DNA of 64,000 nucleotides, from contig NC_043004.1 in the NCBI RefSeq assembly GCF_006345805.1, positions 61,380,001 to 61,444,000 on the forward strand, read 5' to 3'. Below the pieces are notes generated by a model. The model was not told where the DNA came from. It was given only the letters and a program-made list of their open reading frames with translations, and made no database searches. The position numbers and the translations under genes were made by a program. Positions 1-13,234 of the stretch are shown in pieces. Position 1 is the stretch's first letter; the number at the start of each line of letters is the position of its first letter. This DNA comes from Octopus sinensis. Lineage: Eukaryota.

Positions 1-360
1 CATCTCTGATCACGGGCAGAAGTAGTGGAGAGCATCATAGCCATGTGTTGAGAGGGATTCTTTAGGGTTTGGATAATTCACCTCTGGAAACATGGGTGAT
101 TCGTTCAACATCCTTAAACAACCCTTATTCAAGGACTTTTTGAGCGGGATGGGTTACTCTACCAGAAGAAAATTCTGACTGGGCCCCACCTGCAAGGTCA
201 TGTGCTGTTTATCTTGATATGAGATCACAATATCGCGCACATATGGTTGTGATGCATGTGCCTGGTGTACCCTTATCAGACGGGTAGTCATGATGGGTAT
301 ACTGGGCTTCATATATTTTACCCCAGTGTCACTTTGATGGCATGCACTGATCTCTCACTC
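1..360 (+). mobile_element. 3' part of an unidentified retroposon-like repeat ending in an (AAT)n tail
   Basis: Non-coding, relatively GC-richer segment ending abruptly in (AAT)n at 361-396. Family assignment is inference only. Confidence 0.4.
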
Positions 361-395
<35 letters not shown>

Positions 396-401
396 TAAAA
401 A

Positions 402-1034
402 CCTGGATTTGCCCCATGAAAAAAAAACTGGTGGGAACACAAACCACCTCCAGTGCTTGAAAATAACCATATCTCACTCCTCTGGAACTTCATCATTCAA
501 ACTGACAGAAAGATAGATGCAAATAGGCCAGACATCATATTGAAAGACTTCAGACAAAGAACATGCCTCCTCATTGATATGACTGTCCCAAACGATATAA
601 ACGTATATGTCAAGACCTACCAAAAACTGAGCAAATATAACGATCTTGAAATAGAAATCAGCAAAATGTGGAACCTGAAGAGTAAAACAATACCTGTTGT
701 CATAGGTGCCCTGGGAATGATAGCAAAAGGAGCTGATTGCTTCCTAACTCAGATAGCAGGAAACCCAAAAATGGCAGAAATTCAAAAGATAGTGCTCATG
801 GGAACTGCTCATATCCTACGCAAAATACTTTCTATGCAATCTCAAGTTTTAAAACAAGCATAATTTTCGGTTTTTTTTTTGTTAGACATTTACTAGTACA
901 ACACTAAATACAAAACCAAATATATGGTACACTAGGCATAACAACAACATGAACTTCCTACCTGTTGTCTCTTCAGGTCTCTGGGTGAGACTTGGAGCCA
1001 ACTTGTACAAATATAAAGCAAAAGTCAAACATAC
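402..1034 (+). mobile_element. 5'-truncated R4/Dong-clade non-LTR retrotransposon (restriction-like endonuclease domain plus 3' UTR)
   Basis: ORF 453-863 has LWNFIIQTDRKIDANRPDI, LIDMTVPND, KLSKYNDLEIEI and PVVIGALG, the PD-(D/E)XK-type RLE C-terminus of R4/Dong LINEs. A frameshifted upstream part reads (W)WEHKPPPVLEN. Flanked by (AAT)n on both sides. Confidence 0.85.
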
Positions 1035-1047
1035 AATAATAATAATT

Positions 1048-1078
<31 letters not shown>

Positions 1079-1098
1079 TAATAATAATAATAATAATA

Positions 1099-1310
1099 TG
1101 GTACATCACACGTATTGAGAAGAGCATTGTCGATGTGAGAACTGTTGCTGCTCATGCATTTTAATTTAACTTAAAAAAAAAAATTTTAAATGAACGAACT
1201 ACTGAGTTTGGTTTAATGGCCTACCAATGTATACTCTGAGTTTCTTTGCCCTAGGAGTCGGGAAGACACTCGGCAAGAAATGGAAGCAAATTTGAAAGAG
1301 GAAAAAAAAA

Positions 1311-1311
<1 letters not shown>
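1099..1311 (+). mobile_element. Extremely 5'-truncated second R4/Dong-like element
   Basis: 1100-1138 reads GTSHVLRRALSM*, paralleling GTAHILRKILSM at the end of the upstream copy. A different 3' UTR follows, then (AAT)n at 1312-1350. Confidence 0.7.
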
Positions 1312-1350
<39 letters not shown>

Positions 1351-2404
1351 GAGCACTCACAGTGCAAACCTCCACCAAGGCAACACCAATGTCTGCCCAA
1401 CGATTAGTCTGAGGTGATGTTTAAAAAGAGAATATCTGAAAGTAACTCGACTGCTCTCACAAACGAGAATAGTGAAACTGGATCCACTGATCTCAAAAAT
1501 TAAGCAAAACAAGATGGAAAAGTAAGCCAGAGTTTTTCTGGTACCTAATCGAGCCTACTAGTAGCTATGGAAGGTGAAGGTGGGTGTGCGGACCGTTTTT
1601 GTAATGCTGTGTGTGTGTGTGTCGTCTGCAGTGGGAACAGGGACAGTTATCTCTAAGAGGGCCTAGTTTCGTCTATCCACTGATATAGTATCTATATGGC
1701 CATTAAAGTCATAGAGCAAAATTTATCCGTGCATGAAAGAAAACGGAAAGGACCTACATACGGTGATCTTAAGTGAGGTTTAACAACATCGTTGCGCGCA
1801 AACTGTGAGTCCTAAAAGTATTATCTTCCTTGTAGGTAGAGTTAGAAATGCAATTGCCAGGAGATTTTACGTAAGACATTTTAAACAGGAGCAATATATT
1901 CAAAATTGATAAAACTAAAAATTGTCGAGGATAAACTAAATTTATTATTATTATTACTGAATATGTTAGTGTTATTTAATTTCTGAACTATTTTGCAGCC
2001 GTTTGTTTATTACGTTGATTTCTTTATAAATCAGTTTCTACTAAGATAGAGACGCGTTTAAAATTAGAAATCGAGAAACGAAAATAAAACTTTGGAAATA
2101 GCAACGCTGCCATAATTTACGAGGAGACCATGATCATGCTTTCAAGGGAGATAATCAGAAAAAGACTCGAAAGTCAACGTAAGAACGTAATACTTCAGGT
2201 AAAGTAAAGTAAACATAACAAATAATCCAGAATCCTTGTCCGGTACTGGGTCGATTCCAAAATATAATCTGTCTGTTTCAATCACAAGGCCAAACATCCC
2301 TGAAAGTTTCATCCGAATCCATCTCGCGGTTTTTGAGATATCTTTTCCACGGTCAAACAAACAAACACGATGGAAAACAATACCTACGCTTTAGCGAAAG
2401 CGGT
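1351..2404 (-). mobile_element. Helentron-associated (HINE/DINE-1-like) non-autonomous element or composite of two
   Basis: Minus-strand 5' palindrome ccgctttcgctaaagcgtagg (2383-2403), then tgtttgtttgtttg and atctcaaaaaccgcgagatggattcggatgaaacttt. Minus-strand 3' end ccttggtggaggtttgcactgtgagtgctc (1351-1380). The two subterminal motifs do not match each other, so these may be two elements. Confidence 0.5.
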
Positions 2405-2407
2405 GGC

Positions 2408-2422
2408 ACTACTACTACTATG

Positions 2423-2487
<65 letters not shown>
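2408..2487. repeat. (ACT)n microsatellite
   Basis: Directly visible; source of the poly-L/poly-S ORFs. Confidence 0.95.
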
Positions 2488-2904
2488 GCGACTACTGCTA
2501 CTAATGATAATACTAATAATGGCGAAGACAAGCACCACCAAAACCACTATCGTCGTTACCATGACAACCATCATCATGGTCATCATTGTCACTACTTTCA
2601 ATATCGTTAGGCAGGGACAGTAAACACTTACAGTGATAATAGTTAAATTTTAAAATTAAATAAAAAGAAAATAATAATAGAATCTTAGATAATTATACTT
2701 GTTATTTCCCTCATAATTATGTAATTAACATTAAAAACTGTCTGTATATTTAGTTTCTAATTACTAAGTAAATGCACGTTTCATAATTTCATATTTCAAA
2801 TTAAAATTAAATTTCAATGTAAATTTATCTCCTCGGTTATTTTAATGATTTTTCCAAATTTAAATAATTTTCGTATAAAATTATTTTCCATTAAATTTGA
2901 ATAA

Positions 2905-3200
2905 AGAAATTATTCTCAAATTAATGACCAAATATTCACCACGATTTGAATATAATCAGGACAATAACAACACCAACATTAGAACGTTCTCATTACTCCT
3001 TCTTTCTTTTATTTATTCCTGGAATTTTGTTTGTATAATTTTAATCATTCCGTCCCGATTTCATGCATTCTCACTTTTCCTCTACGCAAATGTTTCTTGC
3101 GCCTACATCTTACTATCTATTTCCGCCACTGAATTAGGATCATCATTACTATCTCTATGCAGTTGCCACGCTCACCGCTGCTATTCTTAAAATTAAACAA
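2905..3200 (+). repeat. Dispersed repeat, inverted copy at ~5548-5840
   Basis: ORFs 2897-3190(+) and 5616-5861(-) translate to nearly the same peptide (LKLMT(K/R)YSPRFE...FSLFLYANVSCAYILLSI), reflecting DNA homology. Confidence 0.85.
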
Positions 3201-3613
3201 TCTCTCTCCCTCTCATTATTTTTATTACGGAGGAAGATAAAGGTGATTAAATAACTAAATCTTAGTCCAATCCTAAAATAGGACACCGCAATTCACCAAG
3301 CAATCGATATTTTTTCATCGCAACACATACTTATGCAATATATATAACATATGATTATATATGTGTATACTAACTAAGGTTTTTCTCGTTTTTCGAAACG
3401 TTTGAAGAAGATTTCTGTGAAGAAATCAAAGCATAGTTATTATGAAATGATTGTCCGTATATGTTACTTACTTCGATGCAAAGATAGTATGTGCTAACTG
3501 TTTAAAATAAAATACACAAAGGAAAAATGATATAATATACGAAAATTATATTATACATCATATGTACAAGAATGCATAGCCACATAAGTTTTTTTAGTGC
3601 GTATATATATATA

Positions 3614-3811
3614 CAGGGTGTCCCAGAAGTTGCACACCAACCTGGTTTTTTAATAGAATATACCCTTATTGATTTCCAAAACACTTTATTGAAATTAATT
3701 GCTCAAATTGGGCACCTAATACTATGAAACATGACGAGAAAATATAATAAAATAAAATGCTTTAATTATATTAAATGAAAACCCAGAATAGTGCGCGACT
3801 TCTGGGACACC

Positions 3812-3814
<3 letters not shown>
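3614..3814. mobile_element. Tc1/mariner-type MITE, ~200 bp
   Basis: Imperfect 24-bp TIRs cagggtgtcccagaagttgcacac / gtgcgcgacttctgggacacccca, set in a TA context. Confidence 0.85.
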
Positions 3815-3849
<35 letters not shown>

Positions 3850-3866
3850 TTATATGTGTGTGTATC

Positions 3867-3997
3867 GGCGCAGAGGAGTTTCTATCGTACGTAGATAGCT
3901 TACCAAACTCATGGTACCGGGTTCAGTCCAATAGCGTGGCAATTCGGGCTAGTATCTTCTACTATTACTTCGGGCCTTGTGAAAGAAGCCCGCTGTA

Positions 3998-4037
<40 letters not shown>

Positions 4038-4112
4038 GATCTATCTATCTATCTATCTATCTATATATCTATCTATCTATCTATCTAAATATATATATAT
4101 ATATATACATAC

Positions 4113-4173
<61 letters not shown>

Positions 4174-4385
4174 TGTGTGTGTGAGAGAGAGAGGGAGAGT
4201 ATCTGTGTTTGTCCCCCGCCATCGCTTGACAACCGCTGTTGGTGTGTTTACGTCCCCATAACTTATCGTGTCCGCAAAAGCGACCAAGAGAGTAAGTATT
4301 CGGCTTAGAAATATAAGTCCTGGGGTTAATTTATTCGACTAAAGGTGGTGCTGCATTGAATTGACTGAAAGAAATAGAAGAAAAT
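3867..4385 (+). mobile_element. tRNA-derived SINE family A (diverged copy, internal TATC/TA expansion)
   Basis: Head ggcgcag...gggttcagtcc (B box) and body cttgacaaccgctgttggtgtgtttacgtcccc are homologous to the copies at 40.7-41.1, 54.2-54.6 and 57.1-57.6 kb. Confidence 0.85.
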
Positions 4386-4905
4386 AAAAAAAGAAAAAAA
4401 GAATATATATCCATGCACACGAGTAAGTACATAAATGCAAAAAAGGTGGGAAAATAGTACTTGTATACGGAAGGTAGATTTACATATATTTTTATCAAGG
4501 CTGCAAAAACATCCCGAAAATCTGTTGCTCAAACTTTCATCGTCCCGCTCGTCGGACTGTAATGAGCAAGACTGGAATAATATTGTCATGGCACATATAA
4601 TACATCATTTCATATAATCCAATTTAATGAATAAGCGTTTGGATTTGATTGGCTAAAATATTAAAGAAAAAGACATTAACGAATTGTTCTTGAGGGGGTG
4701 GGGTTGTAAATTGAACAGTAAAGTATGAATATATTATATAATATCTGAAAATCTTCAGTGAGGAAAGAGAGCAATACATATCCAGAGAGCGTTAATTAAT
4801 GATAAATAACTAATAGAGGCGTAAGCATTGTGTTATGAATTAAAAAAAAAACATGCATTGAAGAAGTTCCAGGTTGCAAAGTCTAATTATGATTTTTATA
4901 GTACA

Positions 4906-5300
4906 CTAGCAGTATCGCCCGGCGTTGCACGGGTTTGTAAGGGAAATAACTATATAATCATTTTTAGGGATGTAAATAATAATAGCCTTCTCAATATGGT
5001 TAACCACAAAGGGGGGCTGTTACTGTATCTTTTTACGTTCAGAGATTTAATAATACATTTTTAGAGAGTTACTTCCCTTATATATGCCAATAATGCATTA
5101 AAAATGGGAAAAATTGATGGTAATTTTTTTTTAAATCGTAGACTGCTCGTAGACGCGCGCTAATACCCAGAAGGGCTTGATATGAATCACGACTATAAGA
5201 TACCCGGTTTTGGTTAAACTGCACCGCAAAATGTGGGAGTAGTTAGGAATCTAAATCGTAGGAGACAGACAGCACGCAACCTCACTTTTATATATAAAGA
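4906..5300 (-). mobile_element. Non-autonomous Helitron, 395 bp
   Basis: On the minus strand: 5' TC, 3' hairpin cccgtgcaacgccggg followed by CTAG, inserted between A and T with no TSD. Confidence 0.85.
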
Positions 5301-5312
5301 TATACACTCACA

Positions 5313-6013
5313 CTGGCATGGGAGGTAACCGCCCCACGACCGTCTCTAGAATCACAAGACGAAACCTAGACATATTTTCTAAGCATCATCAGTATTGATT
5401 AGTCAACCGGTCGATGATTTCGTTATTTTTATCTGCCGGTATATATATATCTTTACCATAAAAACTTACAGCTGATTTAGCAAAATTAGCCGTAGTTAAA
5501 CTAAAAGGGAATATGTATTACATTTCGCCTAACTGCTTCTATTGATGTTTGTTGAATTTAAGAATAGCAGCGGTGAGTGTGGCAACTGCATTGAGATAAT
5601 AATGATAATCCTATTTCAAATAGATAGTAAGATGTAGGCGCAAGAAACATTTGCGTAGAGGAAAAGTGAGAATGCATGAAATCGGGACGGAATGATTAAA
5701 ATTATACAAACAAAATTCGAGGAATAAATAAAAGAAAGAAGGAGTAATGAGCAGGTTCTAATTTTAGTGTTGTTGTTATTGTCAAGATTACCCTCAAACC
5801 GTGGTGAATATCTGGTCATTAATTTGAGAATAATTAATTGATTTAAATTTAAATCAGCCATAAATATTTATGGTAAAAACCTATATAGAGGCAGACGGAA
5901 TTAGCCGAATCATCGACCGTTTTAGTAGTTACTACTAACGATGCCTAGAGAATTGAAGAAACCATTTGTAGTGACACTAGAGAAGATCATGAAGCGGTTA
6001 CCTCTCCTGTCAG
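5313..6013. mobile_element. Long-TIR fold-back element, ~700 bp
   Basis: Diverged TIRs of ~170 bp (5313-5480 vs 5851-6013), e.g. ggaggtaaccgc/gcggttacctct, cggtcgatgatt/aatcatcgaccg, gctgattta/taaatcagc. Confidence 0.7.
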
Positions 6014-6507
6014 TACATATATATATATACTCACAGATATAAGTATGTATATACTATACACACAAACGCGCGCGCACATACACACAAACACACACATATA
6101 TATATATATAAGGTAAGGGAATAGGAATTTGCAGTCAGGTCAGGTACGTTAAACCATTGTGATACAACCACATTGAATGGTAGGTAACATTCAGAATCGT
6201 TTAAGATAAAGAATCATAAACTACTTCATTCGATAGATAACACCTGAGTTCGCTTCAGTTTGCATACATAGCATATAATCAAAACAACACAATGAAGAAA
6301 TAGTGAATTTCTTTCTTTCTGAAGAAAAAATAAGAAGCAAATACTTTAAGAAGTAAATTTTGAAAATGCGTATACCTCTGTTTACCAATATGATAACTTA
6401 ATTACGTATATAGTTTTCTATGAAAACTATTCCCAGCCTTGGATTTTATATCTCATTCTGTTAAATATATATATATGTGTATATATATATATATATATAC
6501 ATATATG

Positions 6508-6540
<33 letters not shown>

Positions 6541-6686
6541 GTATATATAATGCTAATACACGACCTACATTGGACTCCTCATTCGTATCATTATCGAACC
6601 TGGAGCTTAACTATAGTCTGTCCATAGAATTTACTCAACATTGCCTGACATATTTGAGTCTTTTGACACCAATGCCTCTCATACCC

Positions 6687-6733
<47 letters not shown>

Positions 6734-7249
6734 ATGAAGAAGTAAATGGCATAGTTATCCGCTTTTTAATGGAGCTCTAATTGAGCTTCAGGAATATAAA
6801 ATTATGAATGAGTGAAACAATTTCAAATGTTGGTATTCATATTCATTTAATGTTTCAAGGTGTCGAAATTCTACACAATATACGTATATGAGACACGATA
6901 AAATTTCATAAGAATTTATAAATATACAAATATACGAGGATGTTTAAATATTTAAAAATTTAAGTTCATAGATGTACTTGCGAGGTTGAATGTCCGTATT
7001 AGAATGAAAGGAGGGTAGATAAGAAAGTTAATATTAAATGATTTAAGGCTGTTTGGAGTAGATATAGGTTGATATTGGCGAGCTAACTTCAAACATAGCA
7101 ATTATCTATAGTTCTCTCACGAGAGTTAAAGGATTAAAAAATGGGCTCAAATTTTAAATGACATGAAAAATTTTGAGAATTCTTTAAAAACGAATGCTTT
7201 GTCGGACCAAACTGTTCATGCGGATGATATAATTAGAATTAAACTTTAA

Positions 7250-8545
7250 TTCTTTATTGGGCACGAGGCCTGAAACAAAAAGAGGACGGTACATGGACAG
7301 AGAAGACAGTACACGTGGGGACATAAAATATAAAACGTGTAAATTATCTACAGAAATCTTACGCAGTCTGTATAATGTAAGGATCTAAATTTGGATATTT
7401 TAGCTCCGGGGGCAGGGTTTCGCACCTAATCTTATCTCGTGTTAGATGTACAAAATTTTTATAGTACTCCTTTGAAAATTCGTACCTTGGTATGTCTGCT
7501 ATAATACACTTTGTCTCAGGTGGGTGAAAATTAGATAGCTTAACCCTAGTAACATTCTTGAATCTATCTATGGTCTTGTCCATTGCTTTGCTGATTCTGC
7601 AAAACACTAAATAACCCGTCTGTTTTGTCGGGGTCCGAACGTCTGTAATTGTCTGCTCGCTAGGAGTCTCCGTGAAACTTTTTTCTGGGGTCGCTAGTTA
7701 TGGTGTGCACTGAGTGGGTGTGTTGCTGTCCGTAGTTGCTGCTGTTTGTTGTGCACTGCTTCTCTTATTCGTTTTCTTTTAACCTTTAGGAGACGAGCCA
7801 CTTTTTCCTCACTTCCTGGTAATCTAAATGTACTCTTACTCGGCGTTTGTTTGTTTCAAATCGCCTGTATTACGATTATCTTCTGCTGTACCCTCGCGGT
7901 CAGGCTGGACCTGAGCTTCCTTCTCTGGTTCTTTTTCGTTTGAGGTCACGTCCTTTTGATGCGCCCATTCTGGCCACATCTATAGCAGTGGGGGGTCTCT
8001 CCTCCACTGTTATGATCAGCTTTCTTTCGTCAGGCAATTCAGTTACTTCGGGCACTTCAATTAGGTTAGCTTAAGTTGCTTCTACAAGTAACTTGAGTCC
8101 ATAGCCTGGCAATTCAGATGCTGAGTTATGGTTGCTAGTATATTTTGTTGATATTCGTTAGTAGTTGAGAGGACAGCTGCTGTTATCCACTCCTCTTTCC
8201 TTTCGGTCGGAATCCTGCCAATCCTCACTGTAGATACTCTTTTTCCTAGTTAGGCGTGCAGGAGTAGCCATTCCACAGTTCTTATAGGTACAGTGGAGTG
8301 TTTTACTTCCTCCTCTACGGAGGCAAATCTCACCACTGTACCGAATTTCCTTCCTCGTGCGTGGTAACTAATGACTTCTTTTATACCGCTCAAACCCCCC
8401 TCGATGGTCTCCTCCGGATTCACTTCCATCTTCTTATCAGACAGGTGAAGGGTTCTGTATATAATCATGCATCTGCTAACAACTCTTCTGGAGGGGTCGA
8501 CTTCGCTTTGGCCTCCTCCTTTTTAGCATATACCATACGTTTCTA
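7250..8545 (-). mobile_element. Decayed LINE ORF1/gag-like-only element
   Basis: Interrupted reading frame 8536->7359 with a decayed zinc knuckle CYRCGQNG(R)IKRT(*)P at 7945-7988. AATAAA follows at 7253-7258; no EN or RT is present. Confidence 0.55.
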
Positions 8546-8559
8546 CAACTTTTCGAACC

Positions 8560-8790
8560 ATTACTGCTGTTATTTCTAAGGTCGAGTCTATTATGGGTCG
8601 CAATTATAGATCCTAGATTGGGTGTGGTTGAGTACGATAATTTAAGGCAGGATGTGAAATGATATTTATGACCTAGTGGGAAGTTCCTATCGATAATCCT
8701 AAAAAATAATTTAGAGAGGTTTCTGACCTGGGGTTTAGAGAACAATTATATTCAGGACTCTCTGTACCTTTCAGTAAACGTTGCACTTTC
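8560..8790 (-). mobile_element. Penelope-like (Naiad-type) RT thumb/linker fragment
   Basis: FSKPQVRNLSKLFFRIIDRNFPLGHKY...LKLSYSTTPNLGSIIATHN, homologous to the 36.4-36.6 kb region. Confidence 0.65.
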
Positions 8791-9880
8791 GCGAGATTAA
8801 TGTCTTCTTAACACGTGAATAAAACACGTATTTCTTTACATTGGTGTTATTTACTTCTCTGTTAATCACGCTTTAAGTATGCATTAAATTTGCGAAAGCA
8901 GCTGAAGAGTAATCTTCAGTGAATTGTTTACACAGTAACTCTTAGACCTGAGTATAAGTGTCCCTATGTCATTCAATGTATTTACTTCTCTATTTCAAAT
9001 GATATTCAGATATATTTCTGTCGTCACAGGTGGAGTGTCGATACATATGCATACATATCAACATAGTGATTTGTTTCAAGGATGTATTGTGTGTTTGGTA
9101 CACAAATATGTATATATATATACGTACGTTTTCTTTACATCTATATGGTTATACGTGTTAATCACTCCATAAAAACCTGTTACATGTCTCTCAACAAAAT
9201 TATTACGGAGCTATTGAGTGAGAAATAAAATATACTCGAAACCACATTCTTAGTGAACCGAAAGTCTTTAATGTTAAACAAAAATAAATAATATATAACT
9301 GTTTGGTTCACACGAATGTCTCTTCTCACTCCTCTTGATCAAATAAATTAAATAGAAAGTGAATATACGTACTTGAAATCCTGTCACCGTATTAAATGCA
9401 TTTTAAGCTCAAGGTATTATCTATTTGGTAATTTCAGTTCCAGACTTTTAAAGCTTAAAATCCAATGATGACAGTGTATTTAAGTGAATAAACAGATCGG
9501 AATCACAAAGGTACGACGAGAACGATTGCGTAGGTGAAACAAAATATGTTGTTAGGCAATTAATTCATGCACGAAACTGATTTAGTATTTCAGCCTTTTC
9601 GACTATCAAGAGAATTGTCGAAGATGCATCTAATGCTATAATGGTGTGCATTAACATCAAAGTAGCATTTCTATTATTTCCTATTTTCATCATCTTATTC
9701 AGGTATTCTCTCAATGCAATCAATGAGATATCCTAAGTGAGCGACACATGCTCACCTTTCTGTATAATGTATATGCATGTATAAGAAGTATCTATGAAAA
9801 TATACCTGACTGTATGCAAGTGTATGCATGCGTATTTTTGTAGCTGGCTATGTATTTATATAAGTGTATACATAGGCAGG

Positions 9881-9925
<45 letters not shown>

Positions 9926-9997
9926 TATATATAATATATATATATATATATACATATCATACATACATACCTACATACATACATACATACATATAGA

Positions 9998-11349
9998 AAG
10001 GGTGGGCCAAAGTGATGGGACATATTTTAAATGCTAGTATCTTGGGTTATGAAATTAGAGACATAGAGAACCAAATATATTTTTTCAAAACTGGTATGCA
10101 AGAGTTCAAAGTATCTAAGATTTGAATATGACATCCTGGAGATGGTCACAACCACGAAGTTAGCATTCACAAGCAATCTTTCTCGTAGCAAGCATACGCA
10201 GCTTTACATATCAACTAGAATGGATGCAGTCTCTCTACGGATACTTTAGTTTCGCTGCTGTTTGGCGCCTTATTGCGTATACTGCATCATTGTGCTACTA
10301 CCACAGGAAATGGTCCACGTAGGTTAGATCAGGTGATCTGGATGGCCATTGGATATTTCCAAATCTCGAAATGAGATATCGGGGGAATCGTTCTCGAAAA
10401 ATTGTCATTAAGTGTCACGTTAAATAACTAGTGGCCCCATGTTATTGCATACGTATCTGTGTCAGGGTAGGCCTTTGTAACCCGGAAAAGAAGAATGTCT
10501 CCAATATATGACTGTAGCGTTGAGCAGTTACTGTTACAGACCCACCATGGGATGATCCTTCTCATAAACGTAAGGTTGAATCACACATGCTTAATTCATT
10601 GCACACCACATTGTAACCCTCTTACTGTGCAATATGCATTTCGACAACAATTTGAGGACCTTCACAATCCCCAAACCTACAATTTTGTTTATTAACATAA
10701 CCAGAAAGTTTAAAATGAGATTCATCTGATGTGATCAAATGATGGATAAAATCCTTTCCCTCCCTGCACATATTGACCAGCCAATCACTAAATGTTTTTC
10801 CTTCCACCTTACCTGGCGGAAATAATTGCTGCACTAGCTGTACCTTATACAAAAACAAGTGTAGGTCTTGTTTTAAAATCCTTCTGCTACTGGTTCACGA
10901 AATATTCAACTGTTGTGCCAATCGACGTGCGGACATAGAGTAACATTGTATAATAACGTTCCCCATGCTTTGGCAGTTCTGTGCATCACAAGACGTTTGA
11001 GGTCGACGTGGGTTTTTTTCCTTCTCGGTATCGCCTGTCTAATGGATGTTTGTAACAGCACGGAGAATCAAATTTCGGGATGGTGCCTTTCGCTTTCCAC
11101 AATGGTGTCGGTATTGTTTTTCTTTTTTTTTGGATGCAAGGATCGAACATTGGCTGGCAAAGTAAGCTTCGACCACATATTCTCTTTCTTTTGGAAGTCC
11201 ACGATATTGTGAGCGCCACCTACACCAACGACTTATTAAAGATTGTAAATCCGTAGAACTTCTGTGTATCAATTATGTAATAGATATGTCGTTTTTATAA
11301 TCCAAGATACTATCATTTGAAACGCATCCCATCATGATGGCCCAACATG
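9998..11349 (-). mobile_element. Near full-length decayed DD41D (rosa-type) Tc1/mariner transposon
   Basis: YKVQLVQQL, SDESHFKLSGYVNKQNCR, Q*HGAT...WPSRSPDLTYVDHFLW with 41 residues between the second and third catalytic positions. Degenerate TIRs aagggtgggcc / ggcccaacatg. Confidence 0.85.
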
Positions 11350-11351
11350 TA

Positions 11352-11412
<61 letters not shown>

Positions 11413-12130
11413 CTGGGTGTAGCGAATGCATTGTCGTCTAAATTACGCAAATGAACACAACATTAACGTTTCATTTTAACAGATATTTACCAAAGTTAAC
11501 ATAAAGTTATCTTGAAATACTAAAGACTAAATTTATTCGATAAAATCTCCATTGATTTCGGGCTCTCCTGCAAATCTTCCCGATGGTCTCCTTGTTCAAG
11601 TTGGTGAAAGCTGCCATAAACCCTGCCTTCAGTACATTTTTGGCGTTACAAGGATATTTGTTTTCCTAACGCTCAACTGCGCACCCGTTGCAGTCTTGGA
11701 AGTTAGGTGGTCAGATATTATAGGTGATGTGGGCACAGAAATTGTCTGAAAGCCATGACTGGGTTCTCCTGCTTGGGTTGCATGGTGCAGTGTCCTGTTG
11801 CCAGACATAGGGTTTTCCGGCAACCACCCTCTTGACACAGGGCAGCAGTACCTTCTCCAGACCTCGGTTTTGAGTTTGATGCCGTTTGAGAAGATGAATG
11901 GAGGCATAACTTTGCCATCACAAGTGATTATTCCAAGCATCATTATGTTGACTGGATGGGTCATATGTATCACTGCCGTTACATGTTTTTGGGGACACGG
12001 CAATCCAACGGTTGTTCTGTGTGTGCAATATCTGATCCTCGCAGAAATGCAATTATTGCATGTACAGTATGTAATTATTGAATTGGAAAATAATTTTGAA
12101 TAGAAAAAGCCGAGAGCTGACCTTACAGAC
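11413..12130 (-). mobile_element. Truncated maT (DD37D-type) transposon
   Basis: HPVNIMMLGIITCDGKVMPPFIF, KPYVWQQDTAPC...TQSWLSDNF, AAFTNLNKETI. One terminus (TA|ctgggtgtagc) is present; the third catalytic D is deleted, so the family is assigned by flanking motifs. Confidence 0.75.
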
Positions 12131-12374
12131 TGCTTTGGTCCTTTGGCACAACGATTGCCATGTATGTATGTATGTATCTAATGTTTTTCACGCCATGGGA
12201 ATTTATAAATTTCGAAAGAAAATGACATGATTCAAATTTTTAATTGGATTTTCAGGTGCACATAAGAATATTAAAAATGGCAGATTATATTGAGCCGTAA
12301 AACTGTTTTGAACGGAAAAATATGTAAGATTGCTTTTCGGACTCGAACCTGCATTTCCAGTACACACGACACTA

Positions 12375-13214
<840 letters not shown>

Positions 13215-13234
13215 GGAACTCATATAGCTATCAT

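Noticed and set aside
2897-5861. Duplicated small protein gene (ORFs 2897-3190 and 5616-5861)
   Set aside because: Similarity is at the DNA level in an AT-rich dispersed repeat, with an indel between copies and no domain signature.
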